A DNA stretch of 64,000 bases from Octopus sinensis (GCF_006345805.1 NC_043018.1:16306001-16370000); one strand, 5' to 3'. Counted from the first letter of the stretch, positions 39,473 through 54,463 are shown. Made by a program: numbers and translations. Notes: generated from the letters alone by a model not told the origin.

Positions 39473-39672
39473 TTTCTTACTTTATTGCTTTGTGTTACTA
39501 TGTGTAATGATGAAACTGGTATGTCATAAAGACAAAAGTATTTTTCATTCTGTAATTTAAATCCCCAACCTGATTACCAGACATCATTCTTGAGGATCCA
39601 TTTTACTTAATTTCACCATTAATCTGCTTTTAAACATCCACGATCTCACTCTCTATCCACTTTAATGTATCC

Positions 39673-40034
39673 TATTTGTTTACTACCCACAAGAGGCTAA
39701 ACACAGAGAGGACAAACAAGGACAGACAAACGGATTAAGTCGATTATATCGACCTCAGTACGTAACTGGTACTTATTTAATCGACCCCGAAAGGATGAAA
39801 GGTACAGTCGACCTCGGCGGAGTTTGAACTCAGAACGTAACGGCAGACGAAATACGCCCGGCGTGCTAACGTTTCTGCCAACTCGCCGCCTTTTTTAGAG
39901 TACAGCAGGGGTCACCACCACCCCCTGCCGGAGCCTCGTGGAACTTTTTGGTGTTTTCGCTCAATAAACACGCACAATGCCTGGTCTGGGAATCGACCGC
40001 GAGTCCGCTGCCCTGACCACTGGGCCATTGCGCT
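39673..40034 (-). mobile_element. Chimeric SINE-A head + full SINE-B(tail-1), with a 17-bp TSD
   Basis: TCCACTTTAATGTATCC occurs at 39656-39672 and 40035-40051. Confidence 0.9.
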
Positions 40035-40321
40035 TCCACTTTAATGTATCCAAGATTACATTATTAATCTGCTTTAAAACTTCTACGGTCACCATGTCTT
40101 CTTTACTCTTAAAGAGAGCAGCGCTCGAGATTCGCTCGAGATTCACTCAGATATAGAACGGTTCAGTAGGATTGTCTGCTCACACCGAATCTTTACCTCT
40201 TACTGACTTCAAATCCTAATCCAAGTGGACTTTTGGTTGCAAGATTAAATGAGTAAATACACAAATAAATAAATTGGTTAACTAATTCCTTAATTAATAC
40301 ATACTGTTTTACTGTTTACTG

Positions 40322-40707
40322 TTTTACTTGTTTCAGTCATTTGACTGCGGCCATGCTGGAGCACCGCCTTTAGTCGATCAAATCGACCCGGGACTTATTC
40401 TTTGTAAGCCCAGTACTTATTCTATCGGTCTCTTTTGCCGAACCGCTAAGTGACGGGGACGTAAACACACCAGCATCGGTTGTCAAGCAATGCCAAGGGG
40501 ACAAACACAGACACACAAATCCACACACACACATACATATATACATATATACGGCAAGCTTCTTTCAGTTTCCGTCTACCAAATCCACTCACAAGGCATT
40601 GGTCGGCCCGGGGCTATAGCAGAAGACACTTGCCCAAGATGCCACGCAGTGGGACTGAACCCGGAACCATGTGGTTGGTTAGCAAGCTACTTACCACACA
40701 GCCACTC
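40322..40707 (-). mobile_element. SINE-C full length
   Basis: Intact head and tail. Confidence 0.92.
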
Positions 40708-42076
40708 TAAATAAATAAACAAATATTCTTTGGCGTAATTAACTGACCGCGGAATGTTCACAAAGTGTCGGATTATCGTTGGAGCTTTCTATCGTTCACT
40801 TGATTGTCTTCGGCAAGTTTCTCGGTCAATGACCTTCCACTGCAGGCTATTAGCGATAGATTCAGAAAAATGTCTGAGTGACAATTTAACCATTAATCGC
40901 GGAACTCTCGTTTGTCAATAATTTGTGGTGAAACGTATGAAAATAAACGAGTTACATTATGTTATCTTTGGAGCCAGGAATGATGGCTAATTTGAATTGA
41001 TATTCTCAATATAACTGCAGGAAGTGTTGAATAACGATGAAAGCTTCTGGCAAGAGCGATAACACCACAGTTTTAATATTTTACAGTATATAATCAAATT
41101 ACGATATTATATGCCAGAGTATTTATACTGCCAAATGTGTTATCAAATGAAAGTATATCGTTGAGAATGTGTCGAATACCTAAGTATAAAATGTGTAGAC
41201 TGCAAACAGAGAGCGTATTCCTTTTTCATTTCCACTTTCATCTCACTAGAGGTCGCTGCAAGGCATGTGATGAGATGTGTACAAGAATAAGTACTAGGCT
41301 TACAAAGAATAAGTCCTGGGGGTAGATTTGCTCGACTAAAAAAGGCGGTACTCCAGCATGGCCACAGTCAAATGACTGAAACAAGTAAAAGAGTGAAAGA
41401 GCAGAGTGTTATTACAGGCTGTAAAATGGCGACTCGAACCAGGCTGGAGTTCACAGTTTGCTGGACACCGGTTGTTTATTTATTTAAATGTGGATTTAGG
41501 TATTGAATATCTAAATGTTGAAGACGAGTTGTGTTACGAGGATATTCTTTTTTAAAACGAATAACCTCCTGTTTAGAATGTAAATTACAATATCATTAAG
41601 CTAAATTGCACATTGTAAATATTGTAAACATTGTAAATAACGGAGAAATTAATTATAGGAAAATAATTCGATATATTCTTCGTACACACCACACAACACA
41701 CACACACACACACACACGTGTATTGTAGTCTTATTGCTTAAATTTGGTTGTATACAATAAACATATAACATGATTAATAGAATGACCTTAACTAAGTTCA
41801 TCATTCACACACACACACACACGCAAACGCAAACAACACACACACACACAAACACAGACACACACACATACGCATACACGTACACATATTCGTGTCTCTC
41901 CGTGTGTGTTTATATTGTACGTGCGTGTGTTTATGTGTGTATGTGTGTGTTTGTATGTGTGTGTGTGTTATTACCATTAGGAATGTTGGGTTAACAATTG
42001 TAAACATACTAATATATATGATCTTTATGCTATGAAAAACTTATCATAATATATGTATATGTGGCATATATATTAT

Positions 42077-42109
<33 letters not shown>

Positions 42110-42113
42110 TATG

Positions 42114-42145
<32 letters not shown>

Positions 42146-42167
42146 TATACATACATACATACATACA

Positions 42168-42200
<33 letters not shown>

Positions 42201-42363
42201 TATACATACAATCTACCATTTGTACTAACTTGTAACGTTTGATTAAATACTGTAAACACTATAAGATGAAATTTCTAGAATGAAAATAATTGTACTCCAT
42301 ACACACGCACACATACACACAGGCACTCACAGCCAACATGAATACACACACATACGTAGATAC

Positions 42364-42440
<77 letters not shown>

Positions 42441-43136
42441 ATTATCTATAGAAAAGCAAAAGACGATGACAGGTGTATGAACTGAATAACAAGCAGGTAA
42501 ATTAGTTTGCCGCTCAGGAAAGTCAATAACATATATGAATGTATGTATGTATGTATGTATGTATGTATGTCATTATTCAATATATTTCAAGATTTCTTGC
42601 CAATAGAGAAAGAACCGGTTTCTAACCTAGATCCAAGGTTTCCTCATTCGAATTACAACATCAACAACAAGGTGTTTTTCTTTGTATGTACGTAAGTATG
42701 CATTTAGGTAGGTATGTATGTAGTGTGTATGTATGCATGTATATATATGTATATATATGCATGTGTGTGTATATGTTTGTGTGTCTGTGTTTCTCCCCCC
42801 ACCCCCCAACATCGCTTGACAACCGATGGTGGTTTGCGTCCCCGTAACTTAGAGGTTCGGCAAAAGTCCTAGACTTACGAAGAATAAGTCCTGGGGGCGA
42901 TTTGCTCGACTACAGGCGGTGCTCCAGCATCGCCACAGTCTAATTACTCAAACAAGAAAAAAGAGTTTGTATGAGTATATATATATATATATACTCTTCA
43001 ATTTCTGCAATTTCAACCAATCAATGACGTCTATTGAAGGTGAAAACATTCTGTGCCGTATGAATATGTCCCTCGTTTAAGAAACAGATTGGGTTTATTT
43101 ACATTTCTGAAGAAAAAAAGATACCCTTCCCACCAC

Positions 43137-43184
43137 CCCTAACCCTAACCCTAACTAACCCTAACTAACTAACCCTAACCCTAA
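43137..43184. repeat. Interstitial telomere-like (CCCTAA/CTAA)n
   Basis: ccctaaccctaaccctaactaaccctaactaactaaccctaaccctaa. Confidence 0.85.
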
Positions 43185-45762
43185 AACAGATTGAAATGTA
43201 ATAGATCGATACTAGGGTCATAATTATGGGTGACAATTTCGTATGAGACCGCTAGAAAAAACTGCCGTTCAAACCGAAAAGATCCACAATAAATAGCGAA
43301 ACTACTTAATAATTTTTTACCCAATACCTATAATGAGTATAAATATATATATATTTCTGTGTGGGGGTGTATACCTATATATACATGTATGTGTGTGTGT
43401 CCTTGTGTCTGTTTGTCTTCCGCTGCCGCTTCGCAGCTGGTGTCGGTATGCTTTTAAGGTCACAATGTAAGGGCCTGAAAGTCATGAACTGTTGCAGTCC
43501 CTCTTTCATAATTTTACAGTCTTTTTTATTTTCTCTTTCTTTTTTTTCTCTTTCTTTTTTGTTGCCTTCTGTCATTCTCAATATCTGCCTATGTCTTCCT
43601 CGTGTTACGTGAGATATTCTGCTTCAAACATGGTGGCAATGCTAAGAAACAATTCCATTTGCCATTTCTTTTATTTGTGTTGCTATTTCGCCTAAAGCAC
43701 TGACATAAAAGTGGTGTAAAATCCCTGAATGTCAACAGTAATATAATTAATATCAGATAGTGGCTGCACCACTGTGGAAACCCTTCAGAGATAAATAAAG
43801 AAATAACACTAAATTTCGTATAGAGCCTTTAGTTCGTGTCATATTTTGCGCTTTCTCTTTTCTACGATATCCGTTGAAAATTATATTTCATGGAATGGAA
43901 ATTATAGCTCTAAGAATGAATATAACTTAGAATTATAATATTAAATTTTGTTTTATGAGATAGAATTACTGGTACTACATTGGTTTACGGCGATGAGTGT
44001 TCCAACTGATTTGAACAACGGAACAGCCCAGACCGGTTGGTGTGTTGAGATTTTGAGTAAAACAGTTAATCTCACATTGCTCTGCGAAAGTTAAATTTCA
44101 TCGTAAGTTAAATTTAACGTCAGTGTCTTATAAAGCTAGATTTATAAATCCTAAAATTACGGAAGACTTCGTTTTTGGGCTGTTTAGCTTAAAGGTTAAA
44201 GCACTTGACGCGTAATTAGAGGAAGGTGTGTTCGAGTCTGGTGGCTGGCCGGTAATGATTTTTTTTTTCTGCGATATTTGAATAGTTTATCCTATTCATG
44301 CTGTTGTATTCGCATCATTCTGTGTTTGAGAATAAATTATTTCTGTATCTTTCAATACATATCAACGCTTCTAAAACAAACTTTGTTTACTTTCATCGTA
44401 ATTTCTATATATATATATACGACGAACTTGTTTCAGTTTTCCTATAACAAATCCACTCACTAGGGTGTGGTCGCCCCGAGGCTGCAGTAGAAGAACCCTT
44501 TCTTACCACGAATTGACGCCAGTATCTATACAAAATTTAAACAATAAAAAAAAAAAAACGCACTAAAGAATAAAACAGTGCAGATGGAAGCGAAAGATGT
44601 GAAATGGTTAGAAGCATTGCAGGAATCGCTCAACAAATTCTTTGAAAGAAATCTCTGTATTTTTTCTACGGCTTTCAAAAGCCAATGAAATGCATTAGAA
44701 GCAAACAATTTTTAGCGCGTAACAATGGATTTATATATTTAAACTTGTTGAGTATGTTTTCTATTTGTTTTCCGTTTATTCTCTTTACGTCCTTTACAAA
44801 TCAATATTTCTCACCGTTTCTCGGCAGCATTCTAGCAATTATTTACTTTAGCGATTATACAATTTTACATATCCCCAATTGAGTGAGATATCTACGTTAA
44901 GAAGCCGGAATTTGATCGATAACACATACTTGAATTCCAAAAGCTTAGCATGAATGTCAAAGTCATACTTTGATAAAAAGGTAAAGACAGGAAGAAGAAA
45001 AAAAAGAACATACCGCCCGGCCCGTTTGTTGGTTTATTTATATTCTATTTGTTTATTTATACATTTATACTTCCACTTCAAGCTGTAATTAAATGTATTA
45101 ATTTAAGGGATGGATTGACGTATTCGGAACAAATCTGGCGTGTTGGAAGCTGGGAGTTTATCGCAAAGATCTCTTCAATAAGAATCAAGCACTGTTTTGT
45201 TTTATCTTTATTGCGTCTGTGTTTAACTTCGTTGTATTTTGACGTCCTTCAATCCATCTCCAAAACCTATTTAGCAAATACCATTGAACATATCAAGTGT
45301 TTGATAAAGAGTTCGAGAAAAAAAGACCGGGTATGACTAGCAAGTTTCTCGAGAGGGCGTTAGGCGACGCTCATTAAACAAAAATGACGTATATCAAACA
45401 GGAATATCTTGAAGTTTTTCCAATGCAACCAACACAATTAGCAATTAGCGATAATTTATCAGCTCCTTCATCGCTTAAATTGGTCAAAACACGTTTTAGT
45501 TAGATCTCGAAAACGGTACTTTAAATATTTTCCTACACCGTTTAGAGTTTTTTCTTGGGTTTTCTTTATGAATGTATGTATATATAGAAATATATATATA
45601 TATATATATATATGAGTAGGTGAATGAATTATCCTATGTTTATCGTCAGCATGGAAACTTCGTTTAACCGAAACCTGGGTAGCAAATTTACGTCAGAAAA
45701 CACGGTTGAAGCGACCTTTCAAGGGTTAGAAACTCCGGTTTCATGTTCGACTCCATTCTTTC

Positions 45763-45911
<149 letters not shown>

Positions 45912-46061
45912 TAATTATATATAGTATATATATATAGATTATATATATAGATATATATATATATGATATTTATATATATATATATCAAATATATAGATAT
46001 TTATATAATAATATATATAGAGAGAGAGAGAGAGATAGATAGTAGATAGATAGATAGGTAG

Positions 46062-46132
<71 letters not shown>

Positions 46133-46779
46133 CAGATAGATAGACAGACAGGCAGGCAGACAGACATGCAAATAGATAGAAAGAGAGAGAAAGAAAGTGA
46201 TATATAATATTGTTTGGCTAAAAGCTTTCCAAAGCTCCTTTGCGGGCGTCGGCTATCAGATGTTATCATTCAGTAGGATTTCTCCCTTTACGGGATATAC
46301 ATGGGGAAATCCGTGAGTATCCGTGTAGCTTATACAATTTTGATTGTAATAAAATTCTTTTTTCATGTGTGCGTGTGTGCGTGTGTGTGTGCGTGTGTGC
46401 GTGTGTGTGTGTGTGTGGATAAAGAGAGAGAAAGTGAGAGAGAAAGAGAAGGAGAGAGAGAGGAAGAGAAAGAGAAAATTGAATGGTTGGTGTAACCATG
46501 ATGTTCTGGTGATCTGATGACCTTGATTTCTGTATTTGCATTGATTCGTGAATAGTAAATTGTATGTGTGTGTATGTGTGTCCTCCACCTGCTTTACAAC
46601 CGATCTTCAAGTGTTTATGACACCATAACTTAGCGGTTCGGCAAGAGATCGGTAGATTAAGTACCAGACTTAACAAATAAATAAGTACTGAGGTCGACTC
46701 ATTCGACCAAAATTCTACAAGGTGGTGCCCCAGCAAGGCCGCAGTCTAATGACTGAAAAGTTACATTCGCACGTTCATA

Positions 46780-47631
46780 CGAAGTGCATTCCAGATGTTT
46801 TGAGACTTTTCTAGGAAAGACAGTTTATATCTGTCCCGGATTATAGTAATTTTAGTATATCATTGATATACATCTAATAAGCTGACCTGCCAACTTTTGT
46901 TAATCCAGAATGAAGGAGTCGACCATAACAACTGTTTGAACACAACCTACAAAACGCTGTTTGTCACGGCTGACTGGTTTGCAGAATGAAGTCGGTTACT
47001 TTGGAAGCTTGCTTTGCAAAACAGTTTTGTGTTTTAGCTGAGCAAAAACGCTATAGAAACGCATCAAATATTCATGGCTTCTTATAGATTACCTTTTTCG
47101 CTGGCAAATGACAAGAGAGAAAAAGGTGAGAGCGGATGAGAGGTTTGGGAGGAGGAGGGACGTCATAATTCCAGAACTAGTTGAGAAAATTAGTAATTTT
47201 CTGAATGAAGACCATCGTATATTTCTAAAGACAATAAACATATGATTTAGGTGTGTCAACTGTGTACAGAATTATTCATGAAGATCTGAACGTGAGCAAA
47301 ATTTCTAAACTACACTAACGCATAATTCCATCCAGGTAACCAGTTTCTTGACTGGGATGGACATCAGAACTATCCCTCAGCTTCCTTACAGTTCAAACCT
47401 CGCGCGCTGCAGCTTCTGCTTGTTTCTTAACCTGAAGGAGAATTTCAAGGACAGTGGTTTTCATGATAGGGGGGTCTGGACACCGTTACTTAGGAGGACT
47501 TCAAAGGGGCTATTAAAAAGCACGCTACAACAACTGGACTTCAGTTAGAGGGAATTCGAGTTTTGTATTTATTGGAAATTAAGAAATATCTCACCTGAAA
47601 AATCATAAACACTTCTGGAATGCACCTTTTA
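46780..47631 (+). mobile_element. Internally deleted mariner element
   Basis: Imperfect TIRs (cgaagtgcattccaga / tctggaatgcacctttt) flanked by TA. Remnants PELVEKISNFLNEDHRI and PQLPYSSNLARCSFCLFLNLKE resemble the YSPDLAP motif. Confidence 0.8.
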
Positions 47632-48177
47632 TAAAAAAAAATCGTACACATAAAAAACATACGTATACTTAAAATATATATAGGTACAGTATGATAAAAA
47701 AAACCCTGCTTCCCAACAACATTGTTTCGGGTTCAGTCCCACTGCGTGGCACCTTGGGCATAAATACATACATACATACATACATGCATAAATACATGTA
47801 TACATACATGCATAAATACATATATACATACATGCATACATATATACATACACACACACGTACATACATACATACATACATACATACATACATACATACA
47901 TACATGCATAATTTACATGTATACATGCATACATTATAGGGGCCCTGAGATATGTAACACACTGCTTAAATACTAATCTTGAGAAATTAGTCTTCTCAAA
48001 ACCAGAAGGAGGAAAGCTAATTCGATGACTACATATTCAAGTCGTCACTGGAACTGTAAAAATCTGTAAAACTTTCCGGAAGTTTATCATCTAAATATAT
48101 ATATGAGCATGGTTAGATATGCAACTCTATGTATGAGAATATATATATTTAAAACATACAGATCTTCCCATATATAA

Positions 48178-48580
48178 GCGCAGGAGTGGCTGTGTGGTAA
48201 GTAGCTTGCTAACCAATCACATGGTTCCGGGTTAAGTCCCACTGCGTGGCATCTTGGGCAAGTGTCTTCTGCTATAGCCCCGGGCCGACCAATGCCTTGT
48301 GAGTGGATTTAGTAGACGGAAACTGAAAGAAGTTCGTCGTATATATATATATGTATATGCGTGTGTGCGTTTGTGTGTCTGTGTTTGTCCCCCAAGCATT
48401 GTTTGACAACCGATGCTGGTGTGTTTACGTCCCCGTCACTTAGCGGTTCGGCAAAAGAGACCGATAGAATAAGTACTGGGCTTACAAAGAATAAGTCCTG
48501 GGGTCGATTTGCTCGACTAAAGGCTGTGCTCCAGCATGGCCGCAGTCAAATCACTGAAACAAGTAAATGAGTAAAAGAGT
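48178..48580 (+). mobile_element. SINE-C full length
   Basis: Intact head and tail. Confidence 0.92.
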
Positions 48581-48959
48581 AAGGAGTATATATACATACA
48601 TACATACATACAAAAATACCCTGTTGTTGATGTTAAAATAAACGGAATAAGGACATGCATACATGCACAGACGCATCCTCAAATGTCCGCATGTGTGAGT
48701 CTGGTTTCCTGTCTGCAGATGAGTATGCTTGTATCGAAACCGATCGAGCAAACATCCTACCGCCAGGAGCGCTCAGTCTGAAGGTGTAACCATATATGCA
48801 AGCAATATATTAAAAAGGTAAAAAAAAAGAAAAAGAAAGAAAAAGAAAATGGTATGCAAATATGTGAGGAATTGAAGCTGAAATTTATAGCCATTTGAAG
48901 GAGCCAAACATGCATGGCAGAAAAACAAACAAACAAAACAAACACACGTTTTACATATT

Positions 48960-50575
48960 TATGTGTGTGTATAGGTGTGAGTGTGTGTATGTGTGTGTAT
49001 AGGTGTGAGTGTGTGTATGTGTGTGTATAGGTGTGAGTGTGTGTATGTGTGTGTATAGGTGTGTATGTGTGTGTATAGGTGTGTATAGGTGTGTATGTGT
49101 GTGTATAGGTGTGAGTGTGTGTATGTGTGTGTGTATAGGTGTGAGTGTGCGTATGTGTGTGTATAGGTGTCAGTGTGTATGTATGTGTGTGTATAGTTGT
49201 GAGTGTGTGTATGTGTTTGTATAGGTGTGTTTGTGTCTGTATAGGTGTGAGTGTGTGTATGTGTGTGTATAGGTGTGAGTGTGTGTATGTGTGTGTATAG
49301 GTGTGTATGTGTGTGTATAGGTGTGAGTGTGTGTATGTGTGTGTATAGGTGTGAGTGTGTGTATGTGTTTGTATAGGTGTCAGTGTGTGTATGTGTGTGT
49401 ATAGGTGTGAGTGTGTGTATGTGTGTGTATAGGTGTGAGTGTGTGTATGTGTGTGTATAGGTGTGAGTGTGTGTATGTGTGTGTGTGTAGGTGTGAGTGT
49501 GTGTATGTGTGTGTATAGGTGTGAGTGTGTGTATGTTGTGTATAGGTGTGTATGTGTGTGTATAGGGTGAGTGTGTGTATGTGTGTGTAAGGTGTGAGTG
49601 TGTATGTGTTTGTATAGGTGTCAGTGTGTGTATGTGTGTGTATAGGTGTGAGTGTGTGTATGTGGTGTGTATAGGTGTGAGTGTGTGTATGTGTGTGTAT
49701 AGGTTGAGTGTGTGTATGTGTGTGTGTGTAGGTGTGGTGTGGTATGTGTGTGTATAGTGTGAGGTGGGTGCATGTTGTGTATAGGTGTGAGTGTGTGCAT
49801 GTGTGTGTATAGGTGTGAGTGTGTGTATGTGTGTGTGTATAGGTGTGAGTGTGTGTATGTGTGTGTGTGTAGGTGTGAGTGTGTGTTTGTGTGTGTATAG
49901 GTGTGAGTGTGTGTATGTGTGTGTATAGGTGTGAGTGTATGTATGTGTGTGTGTATAGGTGTGAGTGTGTGTATGTGTGTGTGTATAGGTGTGAGTGTGT
50001 GTATGTGTGTGTATAGGTGTGAGTGTGTGTATGTGTGTGTGTATAGGTGTGAGTGTGTGTATGTGTGTGTGTAGGTGTGAGTGTGTGTATGTGTGTGTAT
50101 AGGTGTGAGTGTGTGTATGTGTGTGTATAGGTGTGTATGTGTGTGTATAGGTGTGTATAGGTGTGTATGTGTGTGTATAGGTGTGAGTGTGTGTATGTGT
50201 GTGTGTATAGGTGTGAGTGTGCGTATGTGTGTGTATAGGTGTGAGTGTATGTATGTGTGTGTATAGGTGTGTGTGTATGTATGTGTGTGTATAGGTGTGA
50301 GTGTGTGTATAGGTGTGAGTGTGTGTATGTGTGTTTGTGTGTGTATAGGTGTGAGTGTGTGCATGTGTGTGTATAGGTGTGAGTGTGTGTATGTGTGTGT
50401 ATAGGTGTGAGTGTATGTATGTGTGTGTATAGGTGTGAGTGTGTGTATAGGTGTGTATAAGTGTGAGTGTGTGTATGTGTGTGTGTATAGGTGTGAGTGT
50501 GTGTATAGGTGTGTATAGGTGTGAGTGTGTGCATGTGTGTGTATAGGTGTGAGTGTGTGTATGTGTGTTTGTGTG
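48960..50575. repeat. GT-rich minisatellite, ~26-28-bp unit (gtgtgtataggtgtgagtgtgtgtat), ~1.6 kb
   Basis: Direct reading; source of the 384-aa HT-rich ORF. Confidence 0.95.
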
Positions 50576-50802
50576 CGTACTTGCTCTAGTTATATGTAAT
50601 GCTATACCTTCCTACTTTAAGGAGTAGGATAGTGATGGTAGAGCGGTACTTAACACAGATGTACGGTTTACAGTAAATATATGTGTTCGAAATCTGCCAC
50701 CACTGACAGCACTTTTCCATCTTCTGTCACTGTCCCTCTCTCTCTTTCTTTTACACACTCACACACTCACACACTCGCTACACATGTGTGTATATATGTA
50801 TA

Positions 50803-50852
<50 letters not shown>

Positions 50853-50957
50853 GCATATATATATGTGTACATATAGGTATATGTATATATATATATATAT
50901 ATATATACATATATACTACCAAATATATATATATGTATATGTATTATGTATATTTAA

Positions 50958-51010
<53 letters not shown>

Positions 51011-51093
51011 CATATACTTCTTCATACACAAATATATATATTTATATACACAATTTGTATATATCTACACAAATATATATATAATATTATATT

Positions 51094-51267
51094 ATTTTCT
51101 CTCCTTGTTTCTCTCCGTGTTTCTTTTCTGTGTATCTTTCTGTTGAAGAGCGTAGGCTCGAAACGTAAAAACCTTTTTATTTATATTCTGAGCGCCATAC
51201 TAATACAATTGTTTGTTGTATTCCACCTGCCTTCGTCTTTTGTTTATTTTCATAAAGCTTCCCGTTA
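51094..51267 (+). mobile_element. ~175-bp Penelope-LTR/retrozyme-like module with a minimal hammerhead variant
   Basis: Near-identical to 59520-59695; contains CTGTTGA-A-GAGC-GTAG-GCTC-GAAA-CGTA. Confidence 0.7.
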
Positions 51268-51343
51268 TATATATATATAATATATATATAATATATATAT
51301 ATATAATATATATAGTAATATATATATATATATAGGTATACAC

Positions 51344-51377
<34 letters not shown>

Positions 51378-51378
<1 letters not shown>

Positions 51379-51590
51379 GGGTGGTTCAAAAGTAGGTTTA
51401 CAGTTATTCTACTTTCTCTTTCGCATTCATATGTTAACAGTTTAGATCTTAATTATGAAAAACAAATAAAAACCATTGTTCTCTGCTAATTTAGTGAATT
51501 GTAAGATAGAAATTTAAATGTAATAAAAAGATTTAAAAGAAATTTAAAGTGCCTACGTGATAAATGTAAACCTACTTTTGGGCCACCTTG
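51378..51590. mobile_element. Tc1/mariner-type MITE (~213 bp)
   Basis: TIRs agggtggttcaaaagtaggtttaca / tgtaaacctacttttgggccaccttg, with TA flanks. Confidence 0.85.
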
Positions 51591-51718
51591 TATATAATAC
51601 ACTCAGTACACAGGCACAGCACATACAGACATTATCACGCACACACACACACACATATATATATACATATATATACATAGTAGAATAATAAAAAGAAAGT
51701 TCTTGGTACTGTATTTAT

Positions 51719-52120
51719 TTTTTACTTGTTTCAGTCATTTTGACTGAGGCCATGCTGGAGCACCGCCTTTAATCGAGCAACTCGCCCCCCGGGACTTATT
51801 CTTTGTAAGCCCAGTACTTATTCTATCGGTCTCTTTTGCCGAACCGCCAAGTGACGGGGACATAAACACACCAGCATCGGTTGTCAAGCAATGCTGGGGG
51901 GGGGGCAAACGCAGACAAACAAACATACACGCACATACATATATATATACATATGCACGACGGGCTTCTTTCAGTTTCCGTCTACCAAATCCACTCACAA
52001 GGCTTTGGTCGGCCCGAGGCTATAGTAGAAGACACTTGCCCAAGGTGCCACGCTGTGAGACTGAACCCGGAACCATGTAGTTTGTTAGCAAGCTACTTAC
52101 CACACAGCCACTCCTGCGCC
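51719..52120 (-). mobile_element. SINE-C full length
   Basis: Intact head and tail. Confidence 0.92.
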
Positions 52121-52747
52121 TACGTTATATATTATATATATGTATTATATATTTGAAAAAATGAACAGAGATGTCTTTTTGGTAGGGATAATATTTATTT
52201 TAATCATGTTTACAGTCATTGATTCTGCAATGAGTTTCAAGCTTCAAGTATCCGTTTTCAAACTGAAAAATATGATTTATTGGTTGCTTAAATAGCATAA
52301 AATTTAGATAGCAAAGTGAATGTATATATATATAATATATATTATAATATATATATATATTATATATATATATATATATTATATATATATATAATATATG
52401 TATAATATTATATATATATATATATATATATTATGTATATATATATAATATATGTATATATATGCCTGTATGTGAGTATGTGAGTTATTTGTGGGTGTGT
52501 ATATGTGGTGTAGATGGACATATGTATGTATATGTATATATATATATATATAATATCAGTGTGCATATGTGTTTGTATGTATGCATATATGTGTGTGTAC
52601 ATGCAAATGTATAATGGTTAAGTGCCATGTGCGTATAATAGTATGTGTATGTTATAAGTATGTATGCTCCCTTCTGTAGATATGATATATATGTAATATA
52701 ACGAGACACATAATAGAATGTGTGTCGTTGTGCATCTATATATACAC

Positions 52748-52778
<31 letters not shown>

Positions 52779-52782
52779 TGTA

Positions 52783-52813
<31 letters not shown>

Positions 52814-53319
52814 ATGTATGTATGTATGTATGTATGTGTGTATGTATGTATGTATGTATGTATGTGTGTATGTATGTATGTATGTATGTATGTGTGTTTG
52901 TGTGTGTGTATGTGTGAGAGAGAGAGAGAACTGAAGGAATAGATGACCTGAAATCAGCAGGCTCACCACTGGTCGTCTTCTGACAAGTCAACAATATTGT
53001 CCATTTCAAACTATTCCATTTCTTTATCCCTGATGGACTTAACCCTCTTTCCCCCTCCGTTCCCAATTGCTATCTTTAAGTTTATATTTACTTTCCCTTT
53101 TAGCTTAATTTCTTCTTCTTCTGCTTCTTCTTCTTCTTCTTCATTTACACACATGCTTTTGAATATTTAAAAAAAATTTTTCTATTTAACCAACCAGTAA
53201 AACATACATTTTTCTGTTTCAAAACGGTTATTTGAAGCTTGGAACTCATAACAGAATAACTGAATTTAAACATTATTAAGATTAAAATTATGCTCCCCAA
53301 ACGTCATCTCTACTCATGT

Positions 53320-53359
<40 letters not shown>

Positions 53360-53546
53360 GTGTGTGTATATATATGCTGACGATGATATGTTTGCTTATG
53401 CATGCGTGTCTTATTGTATATTAATCATTGTGGGGAAAAAAAACCGATACCTTCATACACCACTGTGAGAGAGAATGCCATATTTCTAGTCCAGCAACTT
53501 TCATCTGATGCAAAGGGGCAACATAGATGGATAGAAAGAAAGAAAT

Positions 53547-53627
<81 letters not shown>

Positions 53628-54463
53628 CAGATAGATAGATAGAGAGATAGATAGAAAGATAGATAGATACATAGATAGATGGAGAGATGGGGAGAGAGAT
53701 ATCGCATAAACAACACCAACAAAAACAACTAAAAGAACAGCGCCAGTAGGTGCATTTTGTGCAGTATTAGCTTAGAACAGATGCAACTGTACATGTGTGT
53801 ATAGATATGAGCGCACGTATATTTTATGAATGTGTGTTTACAACACGTTACACAAATGTAAATACATGAGTTCAGTTGCTTATATTTGACGGTGATAAGA
53901 CGAGACAAATTCTTAGAAAGCAATGAATTTTTCAAGTATATCGTGTTGTGATTTTCGTTTGCAGATACAGACCGAAATAGCAACCTATTTATAGAGATGA
54001 CCTAAATTAGTCGAACGCTGTTAAGAGAAATTAAAACTAAAATCATATGAAACTTGACAGGAAAATAAACAATTTTGTTTTTTGAAAGAGTTGAATGTCA
54101 CGACTTAAAATCTTCACTATATCAAATTTAAACTGAAAAGAAACGAATTGATAAGCAAATAGGTGAATAAATACCTCCTTCGAGAAGAACGCCATCTTGA
54201 GAGCCGATACTTCAAACCGTTTTCACTGAGTGAAGTATATGCGTGACATATTCTTGAAATACCATTTCTTTAGAAATATATACGAAGCAATGAAAACAAT
54301 GACAGCTTTTCTGTCTCTTCTTGGTAATCGTACCGTCTTTAAGAAAAACGAATGAGATTCCAAAATGTCTTTTGTTTAGAAAAACTGCAAAATACCAAGA
54401 TTAAATTTGAACTCAGTACCCTGCGACTAGTAGTGTCAGATTTTATTATTACTGGTGAACAGT

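Noticed and set aside
49380-50534. 384-aa His/Thr-rich ORF and the other long ORFs (8210-8971, 8996-9379, 25831-26484, 52485-53066 etc.)
   Set aside because: They are stop-free readings of micro- and minisatellites.
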